Shown one piece after another: positions 41,426-51,390 of a stretch of 64,000 nt of DNA. The stretch is from Flavobacteriales bacterium (lineage in GTDB: Bacteria > Bacteroidota > Bacteroidia > Flavobacteriales_D > UBA2798). Under the pieces are notes generated by a model, which was not told where the DNA came from, did not search any database, and saw only the letters and a program-made list of their open reading frames with translations. The position numbers and the translations under genes are program-made. The DNA lies in contig JBBIOU010000012.1 in the NCBI GenBank assembly GCA_037443205.1, forward strand, positions 1,570 through 65,569, given 5' to 3'. The stretch's first letter is position 1. Each line of letters starts with the position of its first letter.

Positions 41426-42166
41426 TCAAGGATTAATAATTGCCACGGCAGCACCACTTATAATTGCTAAAAATTTTACCAGATTAAATCGATGACCTTC
41501 TGACGATTCAAAAAGGATGGTTGTAGAGATATGCAAAAACATACCCACCACAAGAGCAAGTATTTTATCAAAAAAACCTGTAAACAGATAACTTAGGTTA
41601 TCTCCAAAATGATGACCACAGTATGTTCCCAAAGGCCCCATGACAGCAAAAACTACCAGCCAGAAAAGTGCCTGTCTTTTATTTAAACCCGACTGTAAAA
41701 ACATACTTACTAATGCAATGGAGACAGGTATGTTATGAAATACAATACCTAACAACAAAGAATGTTGGGAATGGTTATGTGTAAAATGGTGGCTATTATG
41801 TATTTCCCTTTCAAGCGGTATACCTTCTACAAATGCATGTATACAAAGGCTAATCATTAAGACTATAGGAAATGATTTTTCATCGGTTTTATGTATGTGC
41901 ACATGACCATGTTCTATACCTTCCGAAAAAAACTCAAGTACCAATTGAAACAAATAACCCAAAAGCACATATAAGCCTATTTGTTTGCCACCACTTTCAT
42001 ATACTTCGGGTATGATGTGCGTAAAGCATATTCCAAGCAAAAATGCACCGCTAAACGATAGTAACAATTTCATCTGTTTTTTGCCGGGATTGGCAATATA
42101 CAAAACTGTTATGCCTCCAATCATAACAGACAAAATAAGGGCTATGTAAACAAAAATATCTTCCAA
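41426..42166 (-). CDS. ZIP family metal (Zn) transporter
   Basis: Multi-TM, His-rich loops EHGHVHIH and HNSHHFTHNH, HAFVEG and HNIP motifs. Confidence 0.88.
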   Translation of the reverse strand: MEDIFVYIALILSVMIGGITVLYIANPGKKQMKLLLSFSGAFLLGICFTHIIPEVYESGGKQIGLYVLLGYLFQLVLEFFSEGIEHGHVHIHKTDEKSFPIVLMISLCIHAFVEGIPLEREIHNSHHFTHNHSQHSLLLGIVFHNIPVSIALVSMFLQSGLNKRQALFWLVVFAVMGPLGTYCGHHFGDNLSYLFTGFFDKILALVVGMFLHISTTILFESSEGHRFNLVKFLAIISGAAVAIINP

Positions 42167-42167
42167 G

Positions 42168-42902
42168 TTATTTTTTAGCTATCAAAATTAAACGTTCGGA
42201 TGTTTCTTCATTAAAGGCATCGAGTTTATAATTGCCAAAGGTATAAATTAGTTGCAGTTTGGCTGCATTTAAAAATAGTTTAAAGTCATATAAATTGAGC
42301 AAACTTACCTGCTCGGTAAAAGTATATTTTTTTTGGTGATGCACAAATGAAATTTGCTTGCACATAATGTTATTGCTTATATATCGCTCAATGACAAATT
42401 CAATACCTGATTTAACAACGGTTTCGTTGGGTACATAATTTTTTAAAACATACTTTGAATTAAAAAAATCAATTACAATACTTCCATTTTCGGTCAGAGC
42501 CTCACTCATATTTTGTATAACCTTGATATTATCATCGATATTCTTAAAATATCCAATGCTTGTAAATAAATTTAGTATCATATCAAATTTACCGAAATTG
42601 ATAGGGTTACGCATGTCGTGTCTGATAAAATGTAAACGCTTGCCCGAAAAATTATTAGCCTGATTGATATTATTTGCCGATAAATCTGCACCCGTTACTT
42701 CATAACCCAGTGCATTCAGGTAAATTGCATGCCTACCGTTACCACAAGCTAAATCAAGAATTTTAGAATTTAATGGCGGATTAAGAAACCGAAACAGATT
42801 TTCTAAAAACAAGGCTGCTTCATCTTCATCTCTGTGTTCGTACAATAAATGATAGTAGGGAGAATCGAACCATTTATCAAACCATTCTTCTTGCTTATCC
42901 AT
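42168..42902 (-). CDS. Class I SAM-dependent methyltransferase
   Basis: WFDSPYYH, ILDLACGNGRH, DMR and NLFTSIGYF motifs. Confidence 0.88.
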   Translation of the reverse strand: MDKQEEWFDKWFDSPYYHLLYEHRDEDEAALFLENLFRFLNPPLNSKILDLACGNGRHAIYLNALGYEVTGADLSANNINQANNFSGKRLHFIRHDMRNPINFGKFDMILNLFTSIGYFKNIDDNIKVIQNMSEALTENGSIVIDFFNSKYVLKNYVPNETVVKSGIEFVIERYISNNIMCKQISFVHHQKKYTFTEQVSLLNLYDFKLFLNAAKLQLIYTFGNYKLDAFNEETSERLILIAKK

Positions 42903-43476
42903 GCATGGTTTCTTTTTTACCGTAATTTTTAATTACTGTGGCTTCGTATGCCAAAAACTGTTTCCATCGGGCTTCAACATCAATACCCATCGCATATTTT
43001 CTGGCAAAACCTAAAAAAGTAGTATAGTGAGTAGCTTCACTAATCATAAGTTCTCTGTAAAACTGACGTAAGTCGGCATCATTCACTTTTTCCGAGAGTA
43101 ATTTAAATCTTTCGCAACTGCGGGCTTCTATCATGGCCGCAAATAATAGTTTATCAATTAACTGCTGATTTCTGCTTCCACCTTTATTCGTAAATTTCAT
43201 TAAATCATGTACATAATCATCTTTTCTTTCAGGGCCAAGAACAAATCCTCTTTCTTTAATCTTTTGATGTACCATACTAAAATGCTGCATCTCTTCTACA
43301 GCAATTTTACTTAATTCATCAACCATATCGGTTAATTCAGGGTATTTTACAATTAAACTGATGGCATTAGAAGCTGCTTTTTGCTCGCACCATGCGTGGT
43401 CTGTCAATATTTCGCTGATGTTACCTTCTACCAGCTTTACCCAGCGTTCATCGGTTGGTAATTTTAATCCAAGCAT
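42895..43476 (-). CDS. miaE: tRNA-(ms2io6A37) hydroxylase
   Basis: DHAWCEQKAA, EEMQH, IEARSCERF and SEATH di-iron motifs. Confidence 0.93.
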   Translation of the reverse strand: MLGLKLPTDERWVKLVEGNISEILTDHAWCEQKAASNAISLIVKYPELTDMVDELSKIAVEEMQHFSMVHQKIKERGFVLGPERKDDYVHDLMKFTNKGGSRNQQLIDKLLFAAMIEARSCERFKLLSEKVNDADLRQFYRELMISEATHYTTFLGFARKYAMGIDVEARWKQFLAYEATVIKNYGKKETMHG

Positions 43477-43481
43477 AAATT

Positions 43482-43898
43482 TTATTGATGATTATCTTTA
43501 TCGGTTGATGGTATATTTTTTTCCTGTTCATCTTTATGCGCCTCAACGGTAAGTGTTAACAGGTTTTCAATGCCAATTTGTTTGGCTTCTTTGGTTTTTA
43601 ACAATTTGCGTAATGCAATTAAACCTATTGACCCACCCGGTAAAATAAATATGCCGGTCATACCGGCTGCTTTTAGTGCATCTAACAATGTATTTTTAAA
43701 ATTTTGTGCAGCCTCATCATCGGTAAATACACTGCCGTTTTTTAAATCTTCCAAAGCCTGTTCGGCATTTTCTTTAAGGTTTCCGGCAATTTTTTTATTT
43801 TTGTTAAGTTCATTAACAATTTTATCTTTACCTGTTTTAAGGTAATGTGTAAATTTATGATAGTCTTCGGCCAGTTTTTTTTCTAACTCTTCAAGCAC
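43482..43898 (-). CDS. Hypothetical protein with a LETM1-like hydrophobic hairpin
   Basis: Charged helical N-terminus followed by LLDALK...GIFILPGG; co-oriented with miaE. Confidence 0.55.
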   Translation of the reverse strand: MLEELEKKLAEDYHKFTHYLKTGKDKIVNELNKNKKIAGNLKENAEQALEDLKNGSVFTDDEAAQNFKNTLLDALKAAGMTGIFILPGGSIGLIALRKLLKTKEAKQIGIENLLTLTVEAHKDEQEKNIPSTDKDNHQ

Positions 43899-43936
43899 AA
43901 TCTTTGTATTTTTGCAACAAAATTACAAATAATAAA

Positions 43937-44308
43937 ATGCCTAAAAAAGAAAACGTGTTAATTATTGGTGCAAGCGATAATCCTGAGCGATATTCATACA
44001 AAGCTCTTGATATGCTCCTGAAATATGGTCATACCCCTTATGCCATAGGCGTAAAAGAAATGAACGTATTGAATATTCCGGTTAAAAAAGGGCATCCCGA
44101 TATGGATGCAAAAATTGATACCGTTACCTTGTATGTTAATCCCGGTATACAAACAAATTATTACGACTATATTCTTAAACTAAAACCGAAACGCGTAATT
44201 TTTAACCCGGGTACTGAAAACCCCGAGTTTGAAGAAATACTTCGTCAAAACGAAATATCGAGCGAAAATGCATGTACCCTGGTTTTGCTGGGAACAGGAC
44301 AATTCTAA
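43937..44308 (+). CDS. CoA-binding domain protein
   Basis: IIGASDNPERYSY, IDTVTLYV and FNPGTEN..ACTLV motifs. A TATTTTTG promoter element at 43907-43914 supports the start at 43937. Confidence 0.9.
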   Translation: MPKKENVLIIGASDNPERYSYKALDMLLKYGHTPYAIGVKEMNVLNIPVKKGHPDMDAKIDTVTLYVNPGIQTNYYDYILKLKPKRVIFNPGTENPEFEEILRQNEISSENACTLVLLGTGQF

Positions 44309-44339
44309 GCCGGGACTCAAAACAGGTTTTAGCAATGTA

Positions 44340-44621
44340 TCAGGCTTTGTAATTTTTTAATTCTTCTTCTAACTCTTTAATTTTTTTATTTTTTTCTTTT
44401 AAAGTAAAATAATATTTAACCCATACCAGCGAGGCACCTAAAAGAAAAAACAATACCAGCAGAAAGATTAATGAGGCATTGATTTTAAAAAATACCAGCC
44501 AAAAATCTACAGGAGCCGAATTTTGAGCAATAAAAGTTATTGATAATACAGCAATAAAACCTATTAAAAGTTCTTTTTTATACTTGACAAAAAAGCTTTC
44601 TTGTTTGTCGGAATTTGTCAT
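44340..44621 (-). CDS. LapA/DUF1049-like small membrane protein
   Basis: Two TM helices with FIAQN..PV.F and a C-terminal coiled coil. Confidence 0.7.
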   Translation of the reverse strand: MTNSDKQESFFVKYKKELLIGFIAVLSITFIAQNSAPVDFWLVFFKINASLIFLLVLFFLLGASLVWVKYYFTLKEKNKKIKELEEELKNYKA

Positions 44622-44623
44622 AA

Positions 44624-45721
44624 TTATATTTGTTGATGATGATTTTCTAAAAATTTGCTTACCAATGTGTGAAAATGGTGTACACCTTTTTCCATTTTAG
44701 GAGAAAAACGCCCCCTGGAATAATATCTAGAACGCGTACCTTTTTGCACTTTTTCTACAATGGCTTCATCTTCGCGCTCAACCCTGTCTAACATCGAGCC
44801 GGCACCCGAATCCAGTTTAGACGCATCCCAAACATAAGCCCTGAAAACCACCTTGGTAAGATTATGGGTAATAGGCTTTACGATATTTAAAGACAATCCC
44901 CAGGGATAAAAGTTAAACATCACGTTAGGAAACAACCAAAAATAATAAGCTGCAATATTTTTACCATAATCAGGCGAAGATTTAGGTAAATCAAAAGAAA
45001 ATTCTCCACCGCTGGAATTAGCCAATTGCAAATTTGAGTACTTATAAATTTCGCTGCTGTAAGATGAATAATCTAAAGTTTTTGCAAGCTCTTTATGTAT
45101 AAACGGGATATGAAATCCCTCCAGATAATTATCACAATACAACATCCAATTGGCTTTTACCAAATACTCCCTGGAGCGCAAAGAATCAAACACAAATGTT
45201 TCTATCGGCATCCATCCTATCCGTTCCTGCATCTCTTTTATTAATTCATCAAAATCAATTATCGGATTTAAAGATGTAAATAAAAATTGTTTCCATTTAC
45301 GAAAGGGCACTTTAGTCAAGTCATCATTTTGTGATGGAAAATTTTTCATCCCATCGCTTTCGGGCATTGATTTGAACTTGCCGCATATATCAAATCTTTT
45401 ACCATGATAAGAACAAGTAATCCCTGCATTTAAAACACAAGGATTCTCTACCAAAAGGTTGCCCCTATGTGTACAAACATTTGAAATACAGTGTAAATCA
45501 TCATTTTTATCGCGGGTAAATAATAAGGGTTCTTCTATAAATCCTTCCATATATTCAAAAGGATAGGCATATCCCGGTAATTTTACCATATCAGCATCGG
45601 CTGTTAGCTGCCAACTTTTAGCGAAAATCGCTTCTTTACATATTTCCAGATATTTAGGCGAGTTATACATTTCGCCCGGTAAGGTAAAGGCCTCGCTGAT
45701 GTCCTTTTTAATCTCTATCAT
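44624..45721 (-). CDS. Rieske non-heme iron oxygenase alpha subunit (choline monooxygenase-like)
   Basis: Rieske CTH...CSYH, mononuclear Fe site DNYLEGFHIPFIH and ED..IVE.VQ.G motifs. Confidence 0.88.
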   Translation of the reverse strand: MIEIKKDISEAFTLPGEMYNSPKYLEICKEAIFAKSWQLTADADMVKLPGYAYPFEYMEGFIEEPLLFTRDKNDDLHCISNVCTHRGNLLVENPCVLNAGITCSYHGKRFDICGKFKSMPESDGMKNFPSQNDDLTKVPFRKWKQFLFTSLNPIIDFDELIKEMQERIGWMPIETFVFDSLRSREYLVKANWMLYCDNYLEGFHIPFIHKELAKTLDYSSYSSEIYKYSNLQLANSSGGEFSFDLPKSSPDYGKNIAAYYFWLFPNVMFNFYPWGLSLNIVKPITHNLTKVVFRAYVWDASKLDSGAGSMLDRVEREDEAIVEKVQKGTRSRYYSRGRFSPKMEKGVHHFHTLVSKFLENHHQQI

Positions 45722-45820
45722 TTTATTACAATATTTGCTATCAAAAATAATAAAACGGCATGCAATATGCTAAATAAAAATTAAAATTCTTATCTTGTGG
45801 CGATATTTGATAATTTGTTA

Positions 45821-46570
45821 ATGAACAGGAAAACTATTTTAACCTCGGTAATTTTTCTTTGCAAAATTTATTTTTTGCAAGCACAAAGCCTTTTTAAAAC
45901 TCAAGTACCTGAAGAAAAAAAATACGATACCACAATAGTTGACCCCGACTACGGTATTTTATTATACGAAAAATTAAATATCAATTTATCGTCCGACTCG
46001 GTAAGAATGTGTGGTACTTACGCCTGCCAAAGCTGGAAAGAAGATTATTATACAAACGGCAAACTGCTTCACAAAGGATTTTATATAGACGGCCAGCTAA
46101 GAAGTTATAAAAATTATTACCCAAACGGGCAATTGGAAAGAGATTTTCGCTCGGTTGATAATTATGCATCTTCTATGAAACTATACTACCCGAACGGGCA
46201 GCTAAAATCGGATATTAAATACAAAGAAGGTGATAATGCTGTTAGCTGGACAGATTACTACCCCGATGGGAAAATTAAATTACAAGAGCAAAAAGTTAAG
46301 AACAAAGCCTATTTCGAGTTTCAAAAATATTTCTATAAAAATGGCAACCCCGAAAGCGAACTGCTTTTATCCGACAAAAAGAAATTGGTTTATCTGTATA
46401 TAGAATATTATGAAAACGGTAAAATAAAAGTTGAAGGAACGAAATTTTTCGACACTAACAGCCTGCAATATATCCCGGATTTGTTTTGGAAACACTACAA
46501 TTCTGATGGTAAACCAACCAAAGAAGTAACCTACGACAAAGGCACCAAAATAAATGAAAAAAATTTATAA
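45821..46570 (+). CDS. Exported MORN-variant repeat (YwqK-like) protein
   Basis: Signal peptide from ATG 45821; repeated YY[PTE]NG[KQ]L motifs. Confidence 0.8.
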   Translation: MNRKTILTSVIFLCKIYFLQAQSLFKTQVPEEKKYDTTIVDPDYGILLYEKLNINLSSDSVRMCGTYACQSWKEDYYTNGKLLHKGFYIDGQLRSYKNYYPNGQLERDFRSVDNYASSMKLYYPNGQLKSDIKYKEGDNAVSWTDYYPDGKIKLQEQKVKNKAYFEFQKYFYKNGNPESELLLSDKKKLVYLYIEYYENGKIKVEGTKFFDTNSLQYIPDLFWKHYNSDGKPTKEVTYDKGTKINEKNL

Positions 46571-46674
46571 GTTTTATTTTAGCGCTTAATCTTTCCACAC
46601 AAACTTTTATAAATTACCATTGTTATATGCCTTATTAATATATTTTTGCACAAATTTTTTTGAAGATTACCAAT

Positions 46675-47745
46675 ATGAGTAAATTTTATGATTTAACTAT
46701 CAGCGAAGTAAAAACAGAAAGCCCTGATTGTGTGTCTATTGCCTTTGATATTCCCGATGAATTAAAAAATGAATTTAGATATATACAAGGGCAATACCTA
46801 ACATTTGCATTAAACCTGAATGGCGAAGAAATAAGAAGATCTTATTCATTGTGTTCATCGCCCTATATTGACGAGCCACACAGAGTAGCCGTAAAAAAAG
46901 TTGCCGCGGGTAAATTTTCTACTTATGCCAACAACAACTTAAAAAAGGGTGATGTTTTAAAAACCATGCCACCTGCCGGAAATTTTTATACCGAACTAAA
47001 TGCAGCTAATAAAAAGCACTACGTAGCATTTGCTGCAGGCAGCGGAATTACCCCGGTATATTCTATACTTAAATCGGTTTTAATAGCAGAGCCACAGTCA
47101 AAATTCACATTGATATATGCGAATAAAGATGAGCAAAACACCATATTTAAAAGTGAATTAGATAAACTGGCAAATGATAACAAACAACTCGAAATTGTAT
47201 ATGTTTTTAGCAGGCAAAATACTCAAAGCCCTCTCTTAAACGGTAGAATTGATAAAAACAAAGCGAAAGAAATTTTAACGCATTTTAAGTTAACAAATGC
47301 AGATGAATTTTTTATTTGCGGTCCTGAAGAATTGATTGTTAACACTGCAGATGTATTAAAAACACTCGGTATTAATAAAGATAAAATACATTTTGAATTA
47401 TTTACAACTCCGGTTTTAATCAACAATACGGTTAATACCCAAGCAACAGACGACTTTAACGAAGATTGTGCGGTAACAGTTATTATGGATGGAATTGAAA
47501 CAAGTTTTATGCTTCATGCACATGCCGAAAACATCCTGGATGCTGCATTAAATGCCGGAGCAGACGCCCCCTTTTCATGTAAAGGCGCTGTTTGCTGCAC
47601 CTGCAAAGCAAAAATTATTGAAGGAAAAGCCTCTATGGATATGAACTACTCACTAACCGATAAAGAAGTAGCCGAAGGATACATATTAACCTGCCAGGCA
47701 CATCCTCGTTCTGCAAAACTGGTTGTTGATTATGATGTAAGCTAA
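46675..47745 (+). CDS. FAD/NAD-binding ferredoxin reductase with C-terminal [2Fe-2S] (PaaE-like)
   Basis: RRSYSL, AAGSGITP, ICGP and PFSCKGAVCCTC...LTC motifs. Confidence 0.9.
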   Translation: MSKFYDLTISEVKTESPDCVSIAFDIPDELKNEFRYIQGQYLTFALNLNGEEIRRSYSLCSSPYIDEPHRVAVKKVAAGKFSTYANNNLKKGDVLKTMPPAGNFYTELNAANKKHYVAFAAGSGITPVYSILKSVLIAEPQSKFTLIYANKDEQNTIFKSELDKLANDNKQLEIVYVFSRQNTQSPLLNGRIDKNKAKEILTHFKLTNADEFFICGPEELIVNTADVLKTLGINKDKIHFELFTTPVLINNTVNTQATDDFNEDCAVTVIMDGIETSFMLHAHAENILDAALNAGADAPFSCKGAVCCTCKAKIIEGKASMDMNYSLTDKEVAEGYILTCQAHPRSAKLVVDYDVS

Positions 47746-47749
47746 CCTG

Positions 47750-48472
47750 ATGCAGATATTTGTTTTTGCACTGCTAACTCTTTTTGCCGAAATTATAGGC
47801 ACCATAGGAGGATTTGGTTCCAGTGCATTTTTTGTTCCGCTTGCAAGCTATTTTTTTCCTTTTACTATGGTGCTTGCTCTTACGGGGTTGTTACATATTT
47901 TCAGTAATCTTTCTAAATTAATACTCTTTTATAAATACATTCATTATAAAATATTTATATTACTTGGAATTCCTGCTATTTTAAGTGTTATAGTAGGTGC
48001 TATACTCATTTCATGGTCACCGGCACAATACGCAGAACTAGCCTTAGGAATTTTTTTATGTGCCGGAAGCATATTTTTGTGGATAAGTAGCAACTTTCAG
48101 ATAACTCCTAAACCCATGAATATGATATATGGAGGTATAATATCAGGCTTTTTAGCAGGTTTTACCGGAACAGGCGGCCCCATCAGAGCAATCACCTTAT
48201 CTGCCTACACATTAAATAAAAACTCTTTTATAGCAACTTCTTCTGCCATTGATATGGGAGTAGATATCAGCAGAGCCATCATCTATATAAATGCCGGCTT
48301 TTTTACTACCGAATACAGTGAATTAATCCTGATATTGGCTGTAATTGCTTTTACAGGAAGTTGGCTTGGAAAAAAAATCGTTAGCAAAATTTCCAACACA
48401 CAATTTAAAAAAATTGTTTTAATACTTTTACTTATAATAGGAATTAGTGAAATAATTAAAAGCTCTCTGTAA
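47750..48472 (+). CDS. TauE/SafE family membrane exporter
   Basis: Two repeats (GTIGGFGS and GFLAGFTGTGGP) and about 8 TM segments. Confidence 0.85.
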   Translation: MQIFVFALLTLFAEIIGTIGGFGSSAFFVPLASYFFPFTMVLALTGLLHIFSNLSKLILFYKYIHYKIFILLGIPAILSVIVGAILISWSPAQYAELALGIFLCAGSIFLWISSNFQITPKPMNMIYGGIISGFLAGFTGTGGPIRAITLSAYTLNKNSFIATSSAIDMGVDISRAIIYINAGFFTTEYSELILILAVIAFTGSWLGKKIVSKISNTQFKKIVLILLLIIGISEIIKSSL

Positions 48473-49881
48473 TGACAATATCTTTTCATGGAGCCGCAAA
48501 AACAGTAACCGGAAGTAAACATCTGCTTGAATTAAATTCAGGAAAAAAAATTTTACTCGACTGTGGCTTATTTCAAGGTATGGGTAGCGAAACTTACGAG
48601 TTAAATCAACATTTTGGGTTTAATCCTCAAAATATTGATGCCGTAATATTATCCCATGCACACATCGATCACTCAGGGCTAATACCTAGATTGGTAAAAC
48701 AAGGGTTCAAAGGTAAAATAATATGCACTCTGCCTACCTTTGATGTATGCAAAATATTATTAATGGATAGTGCTCATATACAAGAAGACGAAATAAATTA
48801 TTTATATAAAAAAAGAAAAAATGAATCAAACTTACACAGCGAAGCACTTTATACCAGAGAGGATGTATTGGAATGCTTCAAATACTTTGAAACCGTAAAA
48901 TATAATACCACATATAAAATTTTTGATGATATAGAATTAACATTTACCGAAGCAGGGCATATTTTAGGTAGTGCCGCCATAAACTTAGTTATCAGGCCCC
49001 CACACAGTAATAAAACTATTCGTCTATGTTATACCGGAGATATAGGCAGATACAACTCATCATTAATGAAAGACCCTCAACCATTTCCACAAGCAGATTA
49101 TATAATTTGTGAAAGCACCTACGGAAATCGCCTGCATGAAAATATAGAAAATACAGAAACACATCTACTAAATACAATCATTGAAACCTGTATAAATAAA
49201 AAAGGAAAGCTAATTATACCGGCATTTAGCATTGGCCGCACACAAGAATTAGTTTATGCTTTAAATAAATTAGACTTATTTAATTTATTACCTGATATAA
49301 AGTTCTTTGTTGATAGTCCGTTATCATCAAGTGCCACTGAAATTTACAGAAAACATATAAATGAATTAAATGAAAACGTAAAATTATTAAGCCATACCGA
49401 CCCTGACCCTTTTGGTTTCGAAAAACTCCATTATATAACTGATAAAAAATATTCTCAATATTTAAACAACCTTAAAGAACCATGCGTTATAATAAGTGCC
49501 AGTGGTATGGCAGATGCCGGGAGAATAAAACACCACCTTATACACAACATAGAAAAAACGCAAAACACTATACTTCTGGTTGGCTATGCCGAAGCTAACT
49601 CGCTTGCCGGACAATTAAGATCCGGACGTAAAGAAGTGCGTATATTTGGTGATAAATATCCAGTTAAAGCAACCGTAAAAATACTAGACGGAATGAGTGC
49701 TCATGGTGATTACAACGAAATGATTCGATACCTTTCATGCCAAGATAAAAATATAGTTAAAGGCATCTTTATGGTGCATGGAAACCCTGAATCCTCTGAA
49801 TCTTTTGCAAAGAAATTAACTTCAATAGGATTTAATCATATTATTGTACCTGACAAAGAAAAAATTTATAATTTAAATTAA
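48472..49881 (+). CDS. MBL-fold beta-CASP ribonuclease (YSH1-like)
   Basis: VTGS, HAHIDH, AGHILG, TGD, ESTYG, PAFSIGRTQE, SAHGD and VHG motifs. Confidence 0.92.
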   Translation: MTISFHGAAKTVTGSKHLLELNSGKKILLDCGLFQGMGSETYELNQHFGFNPQNIDAVILSHAHIDHSGLIPRLVKQGFKGKIICTLPTFDVCKILLMDSAHIQEDEINYLYKKRKNESNLHSEALYTREDVLECFKYFETVKYNTTYKIFDDIELTFTEAGHILGSAAINLVIRPPHSNKTIRLCYTGDIGRYNSSLMKDPQPFPQADYIICESTYGNRLHENIENTETHLLNTIIETCINKKGKLIIPAFSIGRTQELVYALNKLDLFNLLPDIKFFVDSPLSSSATEIYRKHINELNENVKLLSHTDPDPFGFEKLHYITDKKYSQYLNNLKEPCVIISASGMADAGRIKHHLIHNIEKTQNTILLVGYAEANSLAGQLRSGRKEVRIFGDKYPVKATVKILDGMSAHGDYNEMIRYLSCQDKNIVKGIFMVHGNPESSESFAKKLTSIGFNHIIVPDKEKIYNLN

Positions 49882-49883
49882 TT

Positions 49884-50303
49884 ATGATAGATAAAAATAT
49901 TTCCATCCAAAATTTAAATACCATTAATAGAAATACTTTAATGGAAACATTGAATATAGAATATACTGAGATTGGAGAAAATTACCTGTGCGGAAAAATG
50001 CCTGTAAATCACAGAACACATCAACCGGCAGGATTGCTTCATGGCGGTGCTACCGCAGCACTCATAGAATCATTAGGCAGCATGGGCTCTGCAATTATTG
50101 CCGACAGAAACAAAAATAACATCACAGGTATTGAAATAAATGTTAATCATATAAAAAGCGTTAAACAAGGTTGGGTATTTGCAAAAGCAGTCATTATTCA
50201 TTGCGGAAAAACCACCCATGTTTGGCAAACTGATGTTTTTGATGAAAACAATCGGCTCATTGCCACCGGAAGATTAACCGTATTAATTTTACCTAAAAAA
50301 TAA
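49884..50303 (+). CDS. menI: Hotdog-fold thioesterase, probable DHNA-CoA hydrolase
   Basis: THQPAGLLHGGA..ALIES and EINVNH motifs; directly upstream of menF-D-B. Confidence 0.75.
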   Translation: MIDKNISIQNLNTINRNTLMETLNIEYTEIGENYLCGKMPVNHRTHQPAGLLHGGATAALIESLGSMGSAIIADRNKNNITGIEINVNHIKSVKQGWVFAKAVIIHCGKTTHVWQTDVFDENNRLIATGRLTVLILPKK

Positions 50304-50307
50304 TTCC

Positions 50308-51348
50308 TTGAACAAAGTAAACATCAAAAATTTATTAATAGAGCTAATCTCAAATAAACAATCATTTGCCTGTTGGAAAATTCCCGGTAAAAAATTAAAA
50401 TTAATTACCGGAGGATGGCAAAAAATTGATTCGCTTGATGATGTTATAGATAAAAAGGGTTTTTACATTCAGTCATTTGACAACAAAATAAAATTATTTT
50501 TAGTACCTGATGCCCGCCTGCAAAATAAAATAATATTCAAAAAAAAAGACAACATTTACAGAACTACACAAGCACAGTATTTATCTGTCTGCCGGGATTA
50601 TATACATAAAGTACAATCAGGTGTCTTTAATAAACTCGTTTTAAGTAGAACCTCGGTATTAAAAAATATTTCTACAAAACAAATAGCCGACTTATATTAT
50701 AATGCGCTTACACAATATAAAAATGCTTTTGTGTATATTGTTAATATACCAGGTTATACCACATGGATGGGTGCCTCACCCGAAATTTTAGTAAGTACCC
50801 GCAAGCAAGTTTTAACAACCGTTTCTCTGGCAGGTACTAAAAAACATCATAACCCGTTAACATACAACTGGCAACATAAGGAAATACAAGAACAAGCGCT
50901 GGTTACAGAATACATCAACAAAGTATTAAAACACTGTGGATTAAATAAAATTACCCAAGGAAAAACTAAGACAGTAAAAGCCGGTAAACTATTGCATATT
51001 AAAACAGTTTTTAAAGCTTATTTTGAAAATACCGGACAATTAACAAAAGTCATTGAGCAGTTACACCCCACACCTGCCGTTTGCGGCATACCCAAACAAC
51101 AAGCATTTGATTATATTATAAAAACAGAAAAACATAATCGTGAACTATATACCGGATTTATAGGCCCTATAGAAAATAATGAAATAACTTTTTATGTTAA
51201 TCTACGTTGCCTAAAATACAAACAAAACAGTGTAACTTTTTATGCAGGGGGAGGTATTACTAACCATTCTGACCCTAAAGGCGAATGGTACGAAACAGAA
51301 AATAAAATTAATGTGTTAAAAGAACTATTAAAAAGTAAAAAGAATTGA
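50308..51348 (+). CDS. menF: Isochorismate synthase
   Basis: KLVLSR, GASPE, SLAGT, LHPTPAVCG and YAGGGI chorismate-binding motifs; men context. Confidence 0.85.
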   Translation: MNKVNIKNLLIELISNKQSFACWKIPGKKLKLITGGWQKIDSLDDVIDKKGFYIQSFDNKIKLFLVPDARLQNKIIFKKKDNIYRTTQAQYLSVCRDYIHKVQSGVFNKLVLSRTSVLKNISTKQIADLYYNALTQYKNAFVYIVNIPGYTTWMGASPEILVSTRKQVLTTVSLAGTKKHHNPLTYNWQHKEIQEQALVTEYINKVLKHCGLNKITQGKTKTVKAGKLLHIKTVFKAYFENTGQLTKVIEQLHPTPAVCGIPKQQAFDYIIKTEKHNRELYTGFIGPIENNEITFYVNLRCLKYKQNSVTFYAGGGITNHSDPKGEWYETENKINVLKELLKSKKN

Positions 51349-51390
51349 TTTCTGTTTATTTCTTAGTAACATTGCAAACAATTAAAATCC

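Noticed and set aside
45756-45770. CGGCATGCAATATGC sigma54-like site before the MORN gene
   Set aside because: GG-N10-GC spacing is right but both half-sites deviate from consensus; too weak to call.
45821-46570. Toxin-antitoxin system implied by YwqK-like repeats
   Set aside because: No toxin gene is adjacent, and signal-peptide MORN-variant proteins are common in Bacteroidota.
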